From positions 1 to 56,248 of IMG/VR virus record IMGVR_UViG_3300033149_003977: 56,248 nucleotides of DNA; one strand, given 5' to 3'. Both the position numbers and the translations under genes were made by a program. How positions within the stretch are numbered: position 1 is the stretch's first letter; the number at the start of each line of letters is the position of its first letter. The notes under the pieces are model-generated. The model made no database searches. It was not told the origin of the DNA and saw only the letters and a program-made list of their open reading frames with translations. This document shows positions 38,308-47,004 of the stretch, in pieces. The DNA comes from a virus (Duplodnaviria > Caudoviricetes).

Positions 38308-39512
38308 TGGCGAGTCTGTTCCAAACGATGGGTTTGGCGGCAAATCTGTTTCGGCCTAATCCTGCTGAACTTTATGGAGGTGGTGGGACAATATACGATC
38401 CAACCGCTGGATTTATCCAGACGCTCACCGACCGAATCACGACGTACAAGCACACGTTGCGGGCCGTCGGCGGATTCTATTCTGCAAAATTGACGTTCGA
38501 CATGCCGCTGACAGAACTCGAATACTGGTGGGACAACGCACTCGGGGGACATCTTGTCATAACTGACGGAGCAAATGATTGCATTTGGGAGGGATTCGTG
38601 GACAAATTCACGTTCCAGATGGGGCCGTATGTCATCTCCCGAGGGCCATTGACCAAAATGAGCAATCGAGTAAAGGTGCTTTATTCGATTGTGGATCACA
38701 GCACCACACCTCCGACGGTCGGTGTGCGCACTGTGACGGACAGCGCTTTCCACAATGATTCAATTACGCGATACGGCATTTTCTATCGTGTTTATAGTAT
38801 TGGTGGAGCGTCAGATGCATTGGCGGACAGGTATCGGGACACGGTAGTTAATGATAACGGAATGCCATTAGTGACGAAAAAAATAGATGTTTCGTCCAAT
38901 GTCCGCACGCCGAAGATGACTTTCGATTGCACAGGTTACTGGGCGTTCCTCAATTATCCATATAACAGCGACACTACCGGCGAAATCGACGTGTCCGACA
39001 AACTCTTGGACGTATTCGACGTCGAACCAAACAACCTGTTTTATCATTCCGCGATCTTATGGTATCGGGATATTGAAACCAACGGACTTCAGGTCGCCGC
39101 ATTCGATAATGATTACCGATCGGGTTGGACGGTAGTGAAAGAGCTTTTGTCTCTCGGGGATGCATCATACAATCGGTACATCCTCCAAATCGGTCCCAAT
39201 CGTCACATCACGTATCGCGCGGCCCCGACCGATCCCGAATACCGCATGGCGTTATTTGACCCGTCGCAGCGGGTTACAACTTGGGACGGTAATACAGTTT
39301 TGCCGTGGAATGTGCAACCAGGAAAATGGATTCTTTTTACTGATTTTTTGATCGGCCACGAGTTCAACGTCGGTGGCAATTTGCGAGACGATCCTCGGGC
39401 CGAATTCATCGAACAGGTGGATTTCACCGCTCCTTCAAGACTATCGCTGAAAGGCGGGACTGTGAATAACATGGATCAAGCGTTCGCGCAAATTGGGTTG
39501 GGGGTAGGTTGA
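38304..39512 (+). CDS. Tail tip/baseplate hub protein
   Basis: Synteny; IWEGFV and SITRYGI motifs. Confidence 0.6.
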   Translation: MMASLFQTMGLAANLFRPNPAELYGGGGTIYDPTAGFIQTLTDRITTYKHTLRAVGGFYSAKLTFDMPLTELEYWWDNALGGHLVITDGANDCIWEGFVDKFTFQMGPYVISRGPLTKMSNRVKVLYSIVDHSTTPPTVGVRTVTDSAFHNDSITRYGIFYRVYSIGGASDALADRYRDTVVNDNGMPLVTKKIDVSSNVRTPKMTFDCTGYWAFLNYPYNSDTTGEIDVSDKLLDVFDVEPNNLFYHSAILWYRDIETNGLQVAAFDNDYRSGWTVVKELLSLGDASYNRYILQIGPNRHITYRAAPTDPEYRMALFDPSQRVTTWDGNTVLPWNVQPGKWILFTDFLIGHEFNVGGNLRDDPRAEFIEQVDFTAPSRLSLKGGTVNNMDQAFAQIGLGVG

Positions 39513-40531
39513 TGCCGCAACAATTACACAACGACCAACGGGCGACGCTTCTTATTCCTGACGTGACGATGAACGGCGCACAATACCTCCACGAACCGAT
39601 CGGGGATTTTGGCGTGTGGAATGGCCAATTCGAGACGCCGGAAGGGAGCGGTTCTCCCGCGGGTTGGCCCGAGGGGTGGGAAATCACGCTTTACGATCCG
39701 GACAGCACGGTTACCCGCGTTACGGGCGGCGTGGCAGGCAAATGGTGCATGAAAGGCGGTCATCCCGGACCCGGAGCGCAACGGGGCGGATACATTCACA
39801 CCAATCGTTATTTCATGGTGGATGAGAATCGAGATTATTACATCAGCGCTGCATTCAAAGGATCGTCAGTCAATTCCCAGGTTTATCTGGGGGCACGCTG
39901 TTACGACGCGAACAAAGTTCTTCTAGCTGACACATATCCTGTCTCAGGTCTCCGACCAGGCGTGAATTGGGTTCGTTATCAGCGACGCATCGGGCCTAAC
40001 GGTGATTCGGCGTGGCCCGCAGGGACGCGCTACGCTCGCCCAATAGCGATTTTGCAATACGATAACACATTGATCAATGATTACGCCTACGTTGATGATA
40101 TTCAATTCCAACAACAAAAGATGACCTACAGTCCGTTGATTCATCTAGTCAATTACCGAACGTATGTAGGTTCAACACAAAATTTTACACTTCAGGCATT
40201 TACACTTTACAATGGCAGCGCGATCACACTCACATTGGAAGAACCGGGGTACATCTGGTTCTGGTATACGTTCTACACACTCAATCAAACAGCGGCACGT
40301 ACAGTGTCAATTTATGTTCGACCATATCTTGACGCAGGAGCCCACAATCCGGTTATTTTCGTCTGTTCACCAGGTATCAATTATACCATGCCTGTCGCCA
40401 TTTTCGGTCGCACGCCAGCGCTCGCGGCGGGGGCACACACGGTCGATCTGCGAGTGAATGTCGTCAACGCCGGTGACACGGTGCAATGCGACAATCTGCT
40501 CGTCATGGGATTCTATACGAGGGAAAATTGA
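39509..40531 (+). CDS. Tail fibre/receptor-binding protein with carbohydrate-binding-module-like domain
   Basis: NGQFE...P.GW and AYVDDIQF CBM-type motifs. Confidence 0.6.
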   Translation: MMPQQLHNDQRATLLIPDVTMNGAQYLHEPIGDFGVWNGQFETPEGSGSPAGWPEGWEITLYDPDSTVTRVTGGVAGKWCMKGGHPGPGAQRGGYIHTNRYFMVDENRDYYISAAFKGSSVNSQVYLGARCYDANKVLLADTYPVSGLRPGVNWVRYQRRIGPNGDSAWPAGTRYARPIAILQYDNTLINDYAYVDDIQFQQQKMTYSPLIHLVNYRTYVGSTQNFTLQAFTLYNGSAITLTLEEPGYIWFWYTFYTLNQTAARTVSIYVRPYLDAGAHNPVIFVCSPGINYTMPVAIFGRTPALAAGAHTVDLRVNVVNAGDTVQCDNLLVMGFYTREN

Positions 40532-40536
40532 CATTC

Positions 40537-41130
40537 ATGGCTGATTTTGCCTACGGTCGCGTGTACGTCATCGAAAAAAACACCGGAAAGAATTTGGAAG
40601 GTGTCCTCGTTCGGTGGCGATTGGGTGACATAACGAAAGAGAGGATAACTGGCGCAGACGGTGTGATGCTTTACATGGTCGAGAACAGAGAATACGTCGT
40701 CACGGTCGTGCCGCCCGAAGGCTGGCATTGCGTGGGCGACTGTTCCGTGACGGGGACACATCTCATGCTCCCGCTGACCGTAGTTTTGGAGACAGATGAC
40801 GTACCACCGAGGCCGGAACCGCCGGACGGTTTTCTCCAATTCTCCGACGCCGAAGCGAAAAAGGTCGTCCTGGAGGCATGGAGGCGGGTCGGGGAAGGGC
40901 TGGGTCAATTCGATCCCGAAAATGACACGACGCTTAGGTTCGGGATGCAGAGCTCACTCCTCGGCGCGCCGTTGACGTCGAGGTTCACGGTGAAGGGCGA
41001 CAGGGATCAGGATTTGATGTGTCGAGGTTTTTCAGGTGGCATTTACGTGGAGTCGTCAGAATTTGGATCATTCGGCGTTGTACATTGGGATTCGGGACAA
41101 AACTATGAACCAATTGACGAGGGACGATAA
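40537..41130 (+). CDS. Hypothetical protein (prealbumin/carboxypeptidase-regulatory-like N-terminal domain)
   Basis: GRVYVIEKNTGKNLEGVLV..TGADG..Y.VTVVPPEGW. Confidence 0.55.
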   Translation: MADFAYGRVYVIEKNTGKNLEGVLVRWRLGDITKERITGADGVMLYMVENREYVVTVVPPEGWHCVGDCSVTGTHLMLPLTVVLETDDVPPRPEPPDGFLQFSDAEAKKVVLEAWRRVGEGLGQFDPENDTTLRFGMQSSLLGAPLTSRFTVKGDRDQDLMCRGFSGGIYVESSEFGSFGVVHWDSGQNYEPIDEGR

Positions 41131-41473
41131 CGTGTCAGCTCCGCCAAACGGTGAAAAATTATTGGAATTAATTTTACATGAATTGCATGATTTGCGGAAA
41201 CAAGTCACGCAAACCTCCGCCGACATGGCTGTTTTATGTCAACAAGTGAAAGACCGGAGCCTTGGTTGTCCATTTCGCGAAGAAATTGCAGAATCAAAGC
41301 GCGTGTCGGATCGATTTACACAATTTGAGGATGATTACATCAAGTGGCGATTGGAAATTGCCAACGAAGCCCGAAGCGAAGGGGGGCGAGCTGGAGCGAA
41401 AGCCGGCGGCATATTCGCCATCGCTATGGGGCTAGTGGGCATCGCATACGAGTTGGTGAAAATGCTAAATTAG
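41105..41473 (+). CDS. Coiled-coil protein with C-terminal TM helix (lysis accessory-like)
   Basis: GGIFAIAMGLVGIAY hydrophobic tail; precedes the holin. Confidence 0.55.
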   Translation: MNQLTRDDNVSAPPNGEKLLELILHELHDLRKQVTQTSADMAVLCQQVKDRSLGCPFREEIAESKRVSDRFTQFEDDYIKWRLEIANEARSEGGRAGAKAGGIFAIAMGLVGIAYELVKMLN

Positions 41474-41484
41474 GAGGTGTAAAC

Positions 41485-41802
41485 ATGACACTAACTCAAA
41501 GTTTGATTTGGATCATCGAGGGTGGTGGCGCAGGCGTTCTAGCGTCACGTTGTATCGAGTGGTGGGACTGGGCGGCGGATTTACCGCCTGATAAAAAGAA
41601 TTTCGTCGCCTGGGCCATCTGCGCGGCGTTCGGACTAGCGGCTTTTTTCATTCTTGGCTGGCTGGGCACGTGGGTTGGAGGTCTCGACGCCATGCCGAGC
41701 ACGGCGCAAGAGTGGGCGTCGGCGCTTTTCAACGTGGTCGTTTCGTCGATCATGGCCGGAAATGCGACGCACGCCGTGACGGTGCTCGCGAAGAAAAGCT
41801 GA
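41485..41802 (+). CDS. Putative holin
   Basis: AGGAGGT RBS; 105 aa with 2-3 hydrophobic helices; last gene of the late operon. Confidence 0.65.
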   Translation: MTLTQSLIWIIEGGGAGVLASRCIEWWDWAADLPPDKKNFVAWAICAAFGLAAFFILGWLGTWVGGLDAMPSTAQEWASALFNVVVSSIMAGNATHAVTVLAKKS

Positions 41803-41829
41803 AGGTCTGATCGCCATCTTCCTCCTTTC

Positions 41830-41880
41830 CGGCGCTCGTTCTGTGGTTCTCGCTTTCGCACCACGGGGCGAGCGCCGTTT
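41830..41880 (+). terminator. Long GC hairpin ending the late operon
   Basis: CGGCGCTCG...CGAGCGCCG stem followed by TTT. Confidence 0.65.
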
Positions 41881-41884
41881 CCCA

Positions 41885-42180
41885 AATTCAAATTATGCAC
41901 GGACGGACGAAAACACATACGTAATCTATTGTGTATTACAGTTTGTTGTAATACACATAATTCAATTCTGCATAGTGCATAATCATATATACGAAATTTT
42001 TTTAAAAATGACGTTTTTTTCAAAAAACGTCATTTTTCTCGTTTATGCATTATGCACAATGTGAGAAAAAGAGCAAAACACAGAGGCTTTTTTATCGTTA
42101 ATTACAATCTGCTGTGATATTTTTATTTTATTTCTGCATAATAGAATGCATAATCCTGCATAATTCAAATTATGCAAAAA
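41885..42180. repeat. Second AT-rich control region carrying the TGCATAAT palindrome family
   Basis: Full TGCATAATTCAAATTATGCA at 42157-42176, several half-sites, and a segment homologous to 3411-3453. Confidence 0.8.
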
Positions 42181-42250
42181 AAAAACCGCTCCGCGTTGTG
42201 TGCAATTAAAGTCCGCAGATTCTTTACTTTACCTCTTGAGAATATCAATT

Positions 42251-42341
42251 TTACATATTGTGAGAATTTTAAAAAATTCTCATATTATGTAACGCAAAAT
42301 GCGTTTTTTCGCTTGACATTCAATGTAAATTCTGCTATAAT
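42251..42341 (+). promoter_or_regulatory. Consensus promoter with upstream inverted repeat (homologue of 1721-1811)
   Basis: TTGACA(42313)-17-TATAAT(42336); imperfect IR at 42251-42292. Confidence 0.88.
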
Positions 42342-42375
42342 ATTCCTGAAAATGAGAGATGAAGGAGGGATTGAA

Positions 42376-42741
42376 ATGAAATTCCAAAAAGGACAAAGAG
42401 TTCGCTGGAATGAGAGCTGGGGGGTGTGGAGGGACGCCACGATTTTAGAAACCAAATTGGAATACGCCAAAGAGGTTTATAAAATCAAGGACGACCGTGG
42501 GAGTGTCTGTTGGATTGAGGAGGGTTTTTTAGCAAAGAAACCAGAGAGAAAAGAGAAATTATACAAAAGCGCGACGAGAGAGGACGTCGCGAAGGACATC
42601 ATCGACTCAGCGATGGTGTCCGGGAAACATTTAACCAATGCTGTCGTAGCTAAATGGGCACGGCAGGACGGAATCCGCAATCAAGAAGACATTGAATGGA
42701 TAGTTGAAAAAGTCCGGAAAATTATCAACTGGGACAACTAG
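42376..42741 (+). CDS. Hypothetical protein with SH3/KOW-like N-terminus
   Basis: MKFQKGQRVRW; AAGGAGG RBS. Confidence 0.7.
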   Translation: MKFQKGQRVRWNESWGVWRDATILETKLEYAKEVYKIKDDRGSVCWIEEGFLAKKPERKEKLYKSATREDVAKDIIDSAMVSGKHLTNAVVAKWARQDGIRNQEDIEWIVEKVRKIINWDN

Positions 42742-42743
42742 CA

Positions 42744-42800
42744 CGCGAAACCGAGGTTTTCAACCTCGGTCGTCGGGAAAGCGGCCCGACCTGATGAGCG
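42744..42800 (+). ncRNA. Hammerhead ribozyme, type II
   Basis: cgc-GAAAC-stem III (cgagg/cctcg)-GUC-stem I (gtcggg/cccgac)-CUGAUGA-gcg; complete catalytic core. Confidence 0.88.
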
Positions 42801-42895
42801 AATTGGTCACCGTATTCGATGAAATTCCTGTATCATTGGACGAAGCGTATAGGGAATTTTAGGCGGCAAACCAAAATTAATCGGAAAGGAGCGAA

Positions 42896-43075
42896 ATGAG
42901 ACAAAGACCCTTATTCAAGGGCAAAATTTATAGGGGGTGGACGATTCGTTACCCGCAGGGAAACGAACCGAACTACCTGGTGAGCAATTTGAGTGAGCCG
43001 GATACCCTCAAGCGTTTCCGACACATCGGGGACGCTGAGAGGTGGATCGACCGAAAGGTGGCTAAATGGATGTGA
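42896..43075 (+). CDS. Small hypothetical protein (59 aa)
   Basis: AAGGAG RBS; YRGWTIRY...AERWID. Confidence 0.6.
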   Translation: MRQRPLFKGKIYRGWTIRYPQGNEPNYLVSNLSEPDTLKRFRHIGDAERWIDRKVAKWM

Positions 43076-43207
43076 TAAAATTGCAACGATTGATCGACGA
43101 CGCACGTCACGGCTGATGTATAACGATCCTTAGGGAGAGCGAGCAATCGCTCTCCTGAGGATCGTTTTTAATTGGTTTTGAGGCCGGATAAGTTAAAAGG
43201 AGAGAGT

Positions 43208-43594
43208 ATGGGACAAGGATCACTTGTGTATGACGGAAAAAAATATTATTCATTGGAGGATGCCGCGAGGTTCTGCGGTTTGTCCGTCCGTGCGTTTCAA
43301 GCATACCTTTATCAGCGTCGGTTGATAAAGGCGGACAAAAAGATCGGCGGACGATTGTGGTTCTCAAGAGAGACGTTGATCGATTTTTGCAATCGTCTCG
43401 CCGTTTACCTTTGTCGGATGACGCCGGACGGGGTGGGGTTATTTACGACGACAGAGGCGGCGGGGATGCTCGTCGTCTCTCGTCAAACGATCCACAATTG
43501 GGTCAAAACTGGCCGACTAGTGCCGGATGTGCGGCGCGGTCGGCGAATATTTTTCACCTTGGACACAATTCAGGAGGCACGAAAACAAAGATGA
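43208..43594 (+). CDS. Tandem excisionase-type HTH protein
   Basis: YSLEDAARFCGLS and FTTTEAAGMLVVSRQTIHNWVKTGRL. Confidence 0.82.
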   Translation: MGQGSLVYDGKKYYSLEDAARFCGLSVRAFQAYLYQRRLIKADKKIGGRLWFSRETLIDFCNRLAVYLCRMTPDGVGLFTTTEAAGMLVVSRQTIHNWVKTGRLVPDVRRGRRIFFTLDTIQEARKQR

Positions 43595-43800
43595 ACGAAA
43601 AAAGAAATGAGGTTCCGACGCGAAGACTGACTGCGGTAGGTTTCATTGCATGGATAGTATTCGCGATATTGGCCGGTGTGACCGTCGCCACAGCTATACG
43701 AGTCGGCATTGAAGCGACTTGGCAACGAGTCGCGTTGATCGCCGTGGAATCGTTGGCGACCTCGACTATGGCTCGCATCGCCCTGGATGGGATGGAGTAG
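43591..43800 (+). CDS. Small membrane protein
   Basis: Two hydrophobic segments; ATGA overlap. Confidence 0.6.
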   Translation: MNEKRNEVPTRRLTAVGFIAWIVFAILAGVTVATAIRVGIEATWQRVALIAVESLATSTMARIALDGME

Positions 43801-43801
43801 A

Positions 43802-44050
43802 ATGAATGAGGAAAGAAATGCGATGTTACAGGCCAAAATCGAGGAATTGAGAAAATCCCTCGCGTTCGCGCGGGAATCGGGCAAAGCTTGGTATAATAGC
43901 TATTGTGTCGTCCTGGAACAACGGCAAGCTGTGACGAAAGAATTGGAAGACACAAAAAAGGCCCTCGCACTTGCGCGAGAATCGGCTAAGACTTGGTGCG
44001 CCAAGTATTACGCGCTGTTGACCGGCGAGGATGAGGCGGACTATGACTAA
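43802..44050 (+). CDS. Coiled-coil protein with internal duplication
   Basis: LAFARESGKAWY / LALARESAKTWC. Confidence 0.6.
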   Translation: MNEERNAMLQAKIEELRKSLAFARESGKAWYNSYCVVLEQRQAVTKELEDTKKALALARESAKTWCAKYYALLTGEDEADYD

Positions 44051-45632
44051 TGTGCGGGCGGTCGATCAAGGTGATAGGATTTATGTCTATTCGCCATACT
44101 CGGCGAAGGATAGATGCAAATCCATCCCTGGTGCGCGGTGGGACAGAGTTTCCCGCGCGTGGACGTATCCGTTGACCGTTCACAGTCTGCGCAATATCCG
44201 CGACGAATTCGGTCTTGAAGCGTTGGACGAACGGTTGCGGGCGAAATTGGCCAAATTGGAGGGTGGTGGTTCACCGATTGAGGTGAACCTCAAAAATCCC
44301 CTTTGGGAACACCAAAGGGACGCCGTCATGTTCGTCAAAGATCTTGACGGCGCGATGTTGGCGATGGATATGGGCACGGGAAAGACGCTCGTGGCCATTG
44401 CACTCATGGACGGTTGGAATTCGCGCCGTGTCGCCGTGATCTGTCCGAAATCGGTCATTCCTGTGTGGCCCTCGGAGGTGGAGAAACATTCACGCCATGA
44501 ATGGAAAGTCTCCGCCGAAACACGTGGTTCCGTCGCTAAACGTGCGAAAGCGGCGGCAAGAACGCTTTACGTTGCTGAACGCACAGGGCAACGGGCGATG
44601 ATCGTAGTCAACTACGAGGCGTGTTTCCGCAACGACATGGCGAATTTCCTGCTTGGGCGAAAGTGGGATGTGCTTGTATATGATGAGGTGCACCACATTA
44701 AATCACCGAGTGGCAAGCAATCCCGTTTTTGTGCCAAGCTGTCGAAAATGGCTAAAAAGCGTCTAGGACTTACCGGCACACCGATGCCCCACAGTCCGCT
44801 GGACATTTACGGTCAAGCGCGGGCCATCGATCCGTCGGTGTTCGGGACGTATTTCACGTCGTTCCGCGCCAGATACGCTGTGATGGGCGGTTACGGTGGA
44901 CATGAGATTCTGCGTTACCAGAATCTGGACGACCTGAACCGGCGATTTTATTCATTCGCCTTTCGGGTCAGGAAAGAAGATGTGCTTGATTTGCCTCCAA
45001 CAACGGCGACAACTCGTTATTGTACACTCAGTAAAGAGGAGGCACGAGTGTACATCGGATTGGAAGACGACTTCTACGCTTGGCTTGATGCAGGTGAGGA
45101 AGTCACCATTTCCAATGCGCTGGTCAAGTTGTTGCGGTTGCAACAATGTACGTCAGGTTATGTCAACTCGGACAACGGCGAGATGGTGCGTCTGGGAACG
45201 TCGAAATTGGACGCCTTTTCGGGATGGTTGGAGGATTTGCCGTTGCGGGAGCCTTTAGTTGTGTTCTGTCGGTTCGTGGCTGACGTGGAAGCCGCGGCGG
45301 AGCGGTGTGTCGAATCAGGACGGACAGTTTCGCGACTGTATGGCAAAATGCATGAGTTGGAGGACTGGCAAAGAGGAAAAACTGATGTGTTGGTTACACA
45401 AGTCCAAAGCGGTTCAGAAGGTGTCGATCTGAGCCGTGCGTGTCAAGCCGCGTACCTCTCGGTCGGGTTTTCGCTCGGTCGATATGAACAAAGCTTGGCG
45501 CGATTGGACAGGCCGGGCCAAACACGGTCGGTGACGTATACGCATTTCGTCGCCGAGAACACTGTGGATTGCAAAGTTCTCGCGGCGTTGGCGAAGCGCA
45601 AGGCCGTGATACAATCAATCATCGGTAAATGA
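44043..45632 (+). CDS. SNF2-family (SF2) helicase/ATPase with HARP-like N-terminus
   Basis: MDMGTGKT, DEVH, LTGTP, QSLARLDRPGQ; KSIPGARWD...AW. Confidence 0.9.
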   Translation: MTNVRAVDQGDRIYVYSPYSAKDRCKSIPGARWDRVSRAWTYPLTVHSLRNIRDEFGLEALDERLRAKLAKLEGGGSPIEVNLKNPLWEHQRDAVMFVKDLDGAMLAMDMGTGKTLVAIALMDGWNSRRVAVICPKSVIPVWPSEVEKHSRHEWKVSAETRGSVAKRAKAAARTLYVAERTGQRAMIVVNYEACFRNDMANFLLGRKWDVLVYDEVHHIKSPSGKQSRFCAKLSKMAKKRLGLTGTPMPHSPLDIYGQARAIDPSVFGTYFTSFRARYAVMGGYGGHEILRYQNLDDLNRRFYSFAFRVRKEDVLDLPPTTATTRYCTLSKEEARVYIGLEDDFYAWLDAGEEVTISNALVKLLRLQQCTSGYVNSDNGEMVRLGTSKLDAFSGWLEDLPLREPLVVFCRFVADVEAAAERCVESGRTVSRLYGKMHELEDWQRGKTDVLVTQVQSGSEGVDLSRACQAAYLSVGFSLGRYEQSLARLDRPGQTRSVTYTHFVAENTVDCKVLAALAKRKAVIQSIIGK

Positions 45633-45687
45633 TGATTTTGTGATAATGTGTAACGTATACTAGAATATAAAACGAGGTGAGGAACAC

Positions 45688-46113
45688 ATGGAACAGGAAT
45701 TGGACGCTGTCACTAGATTCGTAGAACTTGAGCGGCAAAAACGCGAATTGAAGGCGAAAATGGATGAATTGAATCGTCAGATCGCGAAGACGAAAGAGGA
45801 TGTCCTCAATGTCTTTGAGCGAACGGGCCTTCAGTCCGTGTCCGTAGAGGACATGACGGTGTACGTCGCCCATCTTGTTGGCGCGAAATTGCGTGTCACG
45901 AAAGATGAGGCGTTGCCAGTGGTGCGGGAATGGGCACCGGATTTGGTTCAAACAAGTTTCAATATGAACCGAATCTCGGCGCTCATTAGGGAGATTCATA
46001 GACAGGAAGGAGGCAGGAGTCTGGAAGAACTCAAGCGGGCATTGCCCGCGAAAGTTTTGGACTGTTTTGATGTTCAAGACTGGTTCGACGTGAGAGCGGT
46101 AAAACGCTCGTAA
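45688..46113 (+). CDS. Hypothetical replication-region protein
   Basis: GAGGA RBS; N-terminal coiled coil. Confidence 0.7.
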   Translation: MEQELDAVTRFVELERQKRELKAKMDELNRQIAKTKEDVLNVFERTGLQSVSVEDMTVYVAHLVGAKLRVTKDEALPVVREWAPDLVQTSFNMNRISALIREIHRQEGGRSLEELKRALPAKVLDCFDVQDWFDVRAVKRS

Positions 46114-46154
46114 AGGCGAATGACCAACGCACAAAAACGAAAGGCAAAAAAGAA

Positions 46155-46868
46155 ATGGAAAATGAAAATGTGGCAGTCGTAAAATTGGAAGATGCCCCCG
46201 CGGAGAGTGTGGAAATTTTCCGCGAATATGGGCTGATCGTTTCAGAAGAAGACCGGATGGTCTATGATGCGAACATCCGTGGTCAAGATGTGTCCAGGTT
46301 CGACTTGGATTCGATTCATGTACCTTTAGCCGGTTCCGAGTTCTGGCAAATGCCGGATGGGACGCCGGTCAAATCATTCCGAGCCGTCATCCTGGGCTTT
46401 CGTGATTTTCGGAAGTGGTATAAAGACCGATACCAACCAGGTCAAGACGCGCGACCGCCGGATTGTGTGTCTGAGGACTTGATTACCGGCGTGGGCGATC
46501 CTGGCGGCCAATGCGCCGTCTGTCCCCACAACCAGTGGGGAACGGCCATCGGGCCTGACGGCGATTTGACGCGAGGGAAAGCGTGTGGTCAATATCGCAC
46601 ACTGTTCCTGTCCTTGCCAGGACATTTGCTCCCCGTCCGGTTGATCGCACCGCCGACGAGCCTGAAATCCATTCGCCGTTATTTTCTGGCGGGATTGAAG
46701 GCCCCGTACTATGCCGCGATCACGGAATTCGGGCTGGTTCGGGCCGATCCGGTTTGTGTCATCGCACCGACATTCGTCCAGGCGATTCCCAACGAACCCA
46801 GGGGCGTTTGGACGGAACTCGGGATGTACGCTGCGCAAATAATGGACATGTTCAACCGGACGACTTAA
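46155..46868 (+). CDS. Putative ssDNA-binding/annealing protein with Zn motif
   Basis: PPDCVS.D...G..CAVCPHNQWG...GKACG...PPTSLK; position in the replication block. Confidence 0.55.
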   Translation: MENENVAVVKLEDAPAESVEIFREYGLIVSEEDRMVYDANIRGQDVSRFDLDSIHVPLAGSEFWQMPDGTPVKSFRAVILGFRDFRKWYKDRYQPGQDARPPDCVSEDLITGVGDPGGQCAVCPHNQWGTAIGPDGDLTRGKACGQYRTLFLSLPGHLLPVRLIAPPTSLKSIRRYFLAGLKAPYYAAITEFGLVRADPVCVIAPTFVQAIPNEPRGVWTELGMYAAQIMDMFNRTT

Positions 46869-47004
46869 ATCTTTCCAGGCGGACGGCGAAAGCCGTCCGC
46901 CTGGATTCAGAGGAATGGGAATGCAATGTGAGCGCATCTGAAGAGGGTACGAGACATGATTGACAATTTAACTGTAAATTCCGATTCTATTGACGAAATG
47001 TAAC

